A DNA stretch of 57,115 nucleotides, counting the filler, from Dugesia japonica (taxonomy: Eukaryota), in the NCBI GenBank assembly GCA_001938525.1. It is 6 parts of 6 records of this genome, joined end to end, with 100 filler letters (N's around TTAATTAATTAA, not from the genome) between each part and the next. Parts side by side here need not be neighbours in the genome. Positions count along the whole stretch, not along the records: positions 47,781 to 57,115 come from MQRL01488630.1; 5 more parts are not named here. One strand, written 5' to 3'. Below, one piece after another: positions 49,817 to 57,115 of the stretch; the stretch's first letter is position 1; each line of letters begins with the position of its first letter. The translations under genes and the position numbers were made by a program. The notes under the pieces are model-generated. The model was not told the origin of the DNA. It searched no databases and saw only the letters and a list, made by a program, of their open reading frames with translations.

Positions 49817-51790
49817 CTACCACACTTGTTTGCCGGCCCTTTTCCCTGGGTTACTGGTCCTCATCATCGCCTTTGGCGGATGTATATATTTATCGCTTAA
49901 TTCCAACAACTCATGTCGGACCTTTGGTCTCGAATATTGTCCTTTCTTTGCCTTTATACACAAAATTATCGTAATTATTAGTACCATCGTAGCTATTCCA
50001 CTGACTCCGCCAATAAGTCTGATTGGCCATCCTTCATTCGTTTCTGCTAATATAGTTGCTGTCGTCACTTCTTCTAATTGTTTCGCTTCTTCTGGTTTGA
50101 TTTTAAGTTCGTTGAACCTTGCTATCGTTTCAACTATTTGTCGAACATCTCATTTTTCTCTTGACTTAACGTTTTTGGATGAATGTCCGATTCTTCATTT
50201 CGGTTTATAACGGTTTTATGCTGAATTACCGCATTCAATTCCACTTTGTCAGTGGTACTAGTATTGGTACTGCTACTCATATTTCTCGTTGCTAGTGTCT
50301 TGAATGTCCTTACTTTTTTATCTCGTGTCGTCTTTGCTTTGCTTGTTGACTTGATTGTCACTGTTGATTCACTTTTTATTTTTATTGTCANTTCTAACGT
50401 ACTCAATGTTTGCTTTGTCATAATTCNTGACTTTGTAACTCTTTTTGTCGTTCTACCTGGTGGTAACTCCCACACTATCATATATTCCACTTAGAACCAT
50501 ATTCCATATCTCAGTTGTATCTCACGTTTTAATTCTCGTTGATTGTCATCCCATTTATATTTTGATAATAAATCGCCGTTTGCCCAATCTTTGAGTGATG
50601 AATAATGTCCGATTCTCATATTTTCTTTTCCTTCTCGTAACACTGATAAGTCTACAAACTTTCCTGCCCAATTTATTTGAATTCCGAGCGCATTTCCTCT
50701 GCTGTAAGGTATATTGCCTCGTTTTACATCGAATCATCTTCCTCGTTTTGTCCAAAGTACTTCATGCGCCCCTTCTGGTGTAAATCTCCATAAGTGTGAT
50801 ATATATGATAGATGTTTCTTTGCACAATATTTCTCATTTCTACCCCATGTTGGATTATTCTTTCTCGTATTGAGTATAAAATATGGAAATAATTTCTGTA
50901 GTAGATACTAAATATTCTACTGACTTCAAAAATTCCTGAATCTTTGTAGTAACTTGACGTCCACGATTCCTCTTGGTATGGATTTCCATATTCTCCTTCA
51001 TATTGTATTATGCGCATTTCTTGTGGTTTTTCTCCTGTTATCTCAAGATTCACTTGCCAAGATTCTCTAAATATCTTTACAGTCATTGAGTGTCCTTTAG
51101 CGTGTATACCGGGTTGTACCCATGTAAATGGAGGTCCATATTCTATTTCCGTATAATGACCTCCTTTTGTCATGACACGTCTCAATCCTTTTCTCGTTAT
51201 CGTCTGTATCTTTACCTCGAATCTCGTTATATATACTCGATGCTCCATCTAAACATCTTCATAATCATAGCATTCTTCTCCATTGCTTACACGTATCATT
51301 ATCACAATTATTATCATTTATATCCACAGATTTCCTGGTAATAATATTTGACTCTCTCCTCTGGGGTTTTCCATTTCAAATTCTCTTCTTTTATCTGCTT
51401 TTTCTCCTTTGAACGTGATCGTTATCAAAATCAATGACACTGTTATTGACGTTATTATAGTCGCTGATAGTATTAATGTCCAACATTTGTTATTCTCACT
51501 TTTACGTTGATTTGGTATTATTGCCGGACCCGTTGTTCACACACTCTCGCTCCAAATCACCTTTATCATTATTAACGCTATTAATAAATATAACCATTTA
51601 TCCATCATTTGACCGTTTTATTTGATCCACTTGTCGCTGTCATGGTCTCATTAAGTTCATATAATTTCGTTGACCGAATTCCAATTCTTGTGGGCCTCAC
51701 CATTACCACTATCGTTATTATACACATTGTAAATATTATTATTGGTATCGATGCGATACATGTCCACGCAATTTTCTCCCATCGTCTTCC
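49817..51790 (-). pseudogene. Env-position membrane protein region (several TM/signal segments, ectodomain, Thr-rich stalk, TM anchor)
   Basis: Hydrophobic segments near 51780, 51595, 51485 and 51330; ORFs 51248-50724, 50490-50134 (Thr/Ser/Lys-rich) and 50068-49817 (LIGGVSGIATMVLIITIILCIKAKK). Confidence 0.6.
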
Positions 51791-53253
51791 AAGTGACGGG
51801 TTTTTATCTAATATTACTGCCTTCTTTCTGTTCTTGTAGATTGATTCGTTTATAGCTGTTGTTATTTCTTCGTACTGTCATCTTTTATTACTGGTATCTC
51901 TGGTAGAGAGACCTTTTGTCCCCTTTCTTCTTCTTCTGCTTCCATTTTCTCAAGCTCTTTGCATTCTTTTTCCATTTCCTTTTGTTTCCATATTAGATAC
52001 CTTCCATCATGTTGCCATTTTTGTTGAATTTTTATCCATCTCGGTATCATATCTTCTGGATCCTCTTCGCACCCTTTTGTGATGTCCCACATATCATATT
52101 CGAACTCTTTGCACCATCTCGTTAGATACCACTGATCCATAATTTTGTCTGCTTCTTCCATTTCTTTTCTTTTTTAGATTCGACATTTCTCCGTATTTCG
52201 TAATTCTTCATATATTCTCCACCATTAAAGTATTAATGTCCAACATTTGTTATTCTCACTTTTACGTTGATTTGGTATTATTGCCGGACCCNTTGTTCAC
52301 ACACCCTCGCTCCAAATCACCTTTATCATTATTAANGCTTCCGGGTCCTCTTCGCAACTCTTGATAATATCTCTCTCATTTTCCGTATGTTAATCAGTTT
52401 CTCTGTCGCTCCATGTCGTCTCAAACCAATTTGATCTGTCGTTCAATGTTTTAATTACATATTCGTTATCCTTTTGAATCGTTTTGAGCTCGTCTGTCGC
52501 TTTTGGTTTTTTTGTTACAAGTTTTTCGTATTCGTTGTCACTGTCGTCGTCTTTCAATTTAATTTCTGTGCCTGTTTTACACCGATTCTGTACTTGTCGT
52601 CTTTTATTTCTGTTTATTCGACTTTTTCTCTTTCGTCTCTTTGCTCTTTGCTCCTGTCTTGAGTCATTGATACCTTCTTTTTGATCGCTTTCCTCTTTAT
52701 TTTGTTCAATTTCCAATTTCTTTATTAATTCTTGACATTATACTTTCAATGTTTGTAAGAAAAGTAGCGATCAATCTCAATTTTCAACTTCTGTAAACGT
52801 CTCGAATTGTTTCCACATTGTCATAATTTTCTGTCCGTCTTCCTCTGACGTGTTCAGCCTCTTAATTTTTGTGTCTGTATCTTCTATGAAATCCATCACA
52901 TCATCTCCTGCAAACGTGTTCTGCTTTATCTCTTGATTCTGGTTTGTTTTGTTCTCCGCTTTTGGTTGAACCGTCTTTTTCAATGCTGTTCTTTGTCTTT
53001 CTAGTGCGTCGAATGCTTTTTTACCTCATATAATCTCCTTAGCTGCTGTTTCTTTGTTCCATAATTGCTTTTCATTGTTTTTCATATAATTGTCCGTAAT
53101 TATTGACAGCAGATCACCTCTTACTTTTGAAAAGTCAACGTCCTCGTCGATTCGCGACTGCTACTTGATACGATAAGGTTGCTCTTCCATTTTGCGTTGT
53201 ACCTTATGTAGTTCTTTAACTGTTTTCTCCAATTGATGCCTCATTATCTCTGC

Positions 53254-54524
53254 ACAGGTTAAACATAGCTTCTGAAACACTGTTTTTGGTATTGGCAACT
53301 CGATTACTTCATCCTCTGCTTCACATCGGAGACATCCTTGACTACCTTACGCCGGATGGTTTCTTAACCAGCATCTTTTTTGTGCTATCATTATTAAGGA
53401 GTCCTTAACCTTGATCTCCGTCTTTTGGAAACATTTATTACATAAATTCTCTAAGTCTCCCGCAACAATTGGACATTTAGTTGGTTTCTTTAATACACAT
53501 CGATTACACTTCTTGGCTTCTGGTTGCTCTTGATTTACATGTATAATATCCCATATTTTCTCTTCAGCTTCTTTCAATTGTAGTTCCATTATTATTACAC
53601 ATTCCAAGCATACGTCTTTTAACTTGTTTTCGGTTGTTACGATCCCGGTTTCTATTCGATTTTTATTACTATATTTGCATTTGACTTCTCCTTGAATTTG
53701 ATTACTTGTTAATTCTCGTTTCTTTTGTCCCACGTTAATCTATGATAACTGAATCTCTGTACGGAGATTAATTTGACAGCTTCTACATAATACTTCGCTG
53801 CTGTCATGTCGATTGGACATTTTGTAGGTCTGAAGGTTTTACAATTTCCTTCCCAGTTCAATGGTGAATGTACTTCTTCATTTTTGTCGATCTCGAATCG
53901 ATTTGACTTATTAAATGTCCATCTTTCTTGTTGCCTCATTGTAATTCTCTGTGAAATTAGTAGACATGGTTTACACAATGATTTCCAGTTGTTCGCCGCT
54001 CCGTGACTTTTTATTCTGTATCGTCCACATCTTGGATTATCGCATTGTCGATCCTCTTGAATTATTCTTTTTTCCACTGAATGATAATATTGATTACGTA
54101 TATCTCGTCTATTTTCAATTATAGTTAAATTTTTTTTAGTTGATATTTTCTCATAATCTCCTCAGTGGTTAGTTGAATATTTATTCTTATGGGTTTAGCT
54201 GCTGATAAGCCTTTTTAATGATTGTATACACATCTAATTTTGCTACGCATTATTTGTCTCGCATTTGTCATACAATTATTACACCATTGTTTTTTATTTC
54301 TTCTTGGTCACGTTTAATTTTATTACTACTTCCATACACTGTATACAAGCTGCTCTTTCGATGTCGGTTTTCTCTCTCCACATTTGTAATGACATTTGAT
54401 TAATCCCTCTATCTACATGTATGATTTTATTCTGTGTTACTCGTAAGGATTGATAACACATTTTTAACAATTGACTCTTGTTCAAAGGTGCCGTTTCCGG
54501 TCTCGTTTCTTTACATATATTACA
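53254..54524 (-). pseudogene. Tandem C4 zinc-finger-like array (Cx2-4C-x17-19-Cx2C)
   Basis: Examples: CNRC-x18-CNKC, CLRC-x19-CLTC, CDNPRC-x17-CKPC, CNIC-x18-CYQS, CKYS-x19-CLEC. Confidence 0.7.
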
Positions 54525-54604
54525 CTGATTACTTTCTTCGCTTGATTCTGGAGCTCCAAACTTCCTTTTATTGGTTTCGCTGTTAACATCATCACAAGAT
54601 GTCT

Positions 54605-57115
54605 TTATCTGATCGAATATCTATCTTCTTTATCCGGATTATCTAATTTAAATCGAACTCGTTTCATTTTACTCGTTTCTGGTTCTGCTTCGACTAAGTT
54701 TTCCTTGTTTACTAATATCTCCTTGACTGCTACTTTACATCTTGACACATGTACAATACTTGGTTTCTTTAAAGGTTTCCCCAATTCTTTTAATTTCAGA
54801 TTTTTTGCGGTTGTCTCGATTACCATATATGGGCCTTTATTTGCTCGCTTTAATTTATCCGTTTTTCTAATATCGATTGTCTGTGTATTTACTAACACTA
54901 GATCTCCCTTTTTAAATGATTGAGCTTCTGATTTACGATCAAAGAATTCTTTGAAACTTTGTTGACTAAATCTTGCATTTGCTTCAGCCAATTTCCACAT
55001 CTCTCTCATTCGCTCTTTCATGCCTGTCACATACTCATCTTCGTCCATATATTGTGAAATTGGTGGTTGATATTCTAAATCGATAGACATGTTACATTCT
55101 CATCCATACATTAAACTAAACAGTGTTGCTCTTGTCGTTGGATATACTCCCATTCTGTACGCAAATAGACATAAATTTAAATGTTTGTCCCATTCTCTTT
55201 GATCTTTTGATGCATAACTCAATAACATTCTTGTTAAAGTTTGATTGAATCTCTCTGTCATTCCGTTCGTCTACAGGTGATATGCGGATGTCCGTAATTT
55301 GTAGATATTGAAGAAACTCGTAACTTCTTTCATCAACTCGCTCAAAAAATTCTTTCCTTGATCCGTTAAGATTTTCTTTGGAGGACCGTAACGCCTAAAT
55401 ACTTTGGCGATGATTGCTGCTTTTTGGTTTCTCAACGCAAAGGCTTCCGGAAATTTTGATAATTAATCAACCACTGTTAAAATGTATATCATTCCACTGT
55501 CCGTTGGTGGTAATGGCCAGATTATATCCATCGCTATTATATCCATTGGTGCTGCTGGCAATGGAATTGGTTGTAATGAAACTTTGAATTTCTTCCCGGT
55601 TCCTCTCCTTGCTGCGCATATCTAGCATTTTTCTACCCATGCTTTCACGCTTGTCGTTATATGTGACCAAAATTATTTCGCTCTCAATTCTGATTCTGTC
55701 TTTTTAGCTGACATGTGACCTCCTAATATTCCATTATGGTATTGTTCCAAAATCTTTGCTCGTCTATTTTTAGGTATAACCAATAACATTTTGTCGCTCT
55801 CTTTCATCCTTAACCATCCGTTTATTATTGCATATCGTCCTCCTCGTTTCTTTAGATGTTCTTTCATACTTTTTTTACACTCGACTTTACTCAAATCGTA
55901 ATGTTTTAGATAATTTAAAATTATCTTAATCTCTTCATCTTCATCTTTATCCTTTTTCAGACCTTTAAAATCTTTATTCTCTGCTAATATCATGCATAAT
56001 GTCCGTATTTCTTGATTCATTAACTGGTGAATATCGATTACCTCATTATCTTGTATTTTAGTTTCCACTTTGTCTTCCGCTCTTGACATGTAATCTGCAT
56101 TCGCATTCGCTTTGCCAGATTTATACTTTACTAAAGGTGCATATTCTTGAGGTTTCATGACCCATCTTGCCATTCGATTTACCTGTAACGGTTTTTGCCC
56201 GATCATTATAAGTGGTTGGTGATCCGTATAAATCACTAATTCATGTCCGAGTATCAATGGTTTCTTAAAATCCGGTTGCACCAATATCGGTGCTGTCATT
56301 AATTTTTCTCGTATGATCTCGAATGCCTTTTGATGTTCGTCAGTCCATATGAATGTCACATCTTGTCGTACTAATGATTGAATTGGTTTGACTATCACCG
56401 CAAATCCTTTAATAAATTTTCTGTAATAGTTCGCCATACCTAGGAATACTATATCATTTACATTCTTTGGTACTGGTAATTTCTTTATCTTTTCAAGATT
56501 TGCTGGATCTGGTTGCTTTCCGTGATCTTAAATTAAATGACCTAAATATGTCACTTGATTTTTCGCACATTCACATTTTGTCGGTTTTACTCTAAAATTC
56601 TTCATTCTTAATCGTACAAATACATTTCTTAAATCTTTTAAGTGCTCTTCAAATATCGTCGAAAATATTAATAAATCATCGATATATACCATACTCTGTG
56701 GTATTCCATGTGCTACAAAATTCATTGTTCGTTAGAATGATGCTGGTGCATTCGTCAATCCGAATGGCATCCTCATAAATTGATATAAGTCTTTTTCTGC
56801 TGAAAATGCGGTTTTCTCTTTGTCTGCTTCTTCTATTTTGATTTGCCAATAACCACTCCTCAAATTTAATGTTGTGAATACCTTTGCATTATATAATAAC
56901 ACTAACATCTAGTTTATGTCTGGTAATGGATACGTATCCTTTTTGGTTTTAGCATTTAGTCTTCGATAATCAATACAAAATCTCGTTGATCCGTCTTTTT
57001 ATTTTAACTAATACAACTGGAAATCGCCATCGTGAACAACTCAGCTCTAACACTTTATTAAAAAGCATATCATCGATTTTCTCGGCGCAAATCTCATTAT
57101 CCGCCACTGCCTGTT
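54605..57115 (-). mobile_element. pol: Ty3/Gypsy pol (RT-RNase H-integrase), decayed
   Basis: RT: RFCIDYRRLN, SGYWQI, MPFGLTNAPASF, VYIDDLLIFS. RH end: YTDHQPL…NANADYMSR. IN: HHCC, MDII, TDQGKNF, TNGMTERFNQT, KGPY. RT-RH-IN order. Multiple stops and frameshifts. Confidence 0.97.

Noticed and set aside
49722-54923. Hydrophobic plus-strand ORFs
   Set aside because: Antisense shadows of the purine-rich minus-strand coding sequence.
48300-57115. Stop-codon reassignment to explain in-frame stops
   Set aside because: All three stop types and frameshifts occur, and host genes use the standard code; this is neutral decay.

Overview
Very AT-rich eukaryotic (animal) DNA. A planarian-type flatworm is my inference from the composition, a 44-nt intron and the TE content. 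The window is six roughly 9-10 kb pieces joined by artificial 100-bp linkers (N44-TTAATTAATTAA-N44), so adjacency across linkers may mean nothing. Host genes: a divergent intronless synaptotagmin-like gene, a ZMAT2/Snu23 homologue, and two exons of a probable GLD-2/TENT2 poly(A) polymerase. Most of the rest is transposon debris: Tc1/mariner, pogo, hAT MITEs, Ty3/Gypsy fragments and Polinton/Maverick relics (capsid N-terminus, packaging-ATPase C-terminus, AGTAG termini). Two things stand out. (1) A decayed Ty3/Gypsy element (47.8-57.1 kb, minus strand) whose pol appears to run into about 6 kb of cargo: an array of about 8 C4 zinc fingers, a multi-TM/type I membrane protein region and a coiled-coil ORF. 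(2) A dispersed palindromic non-autonomous element carrying back-to-back minimal hammerhead ribozymes (Penelope-type), one copy with an 11-bp TSD and an empty-site paralogue. All protein assignments are from recalled motifs, not database searches.
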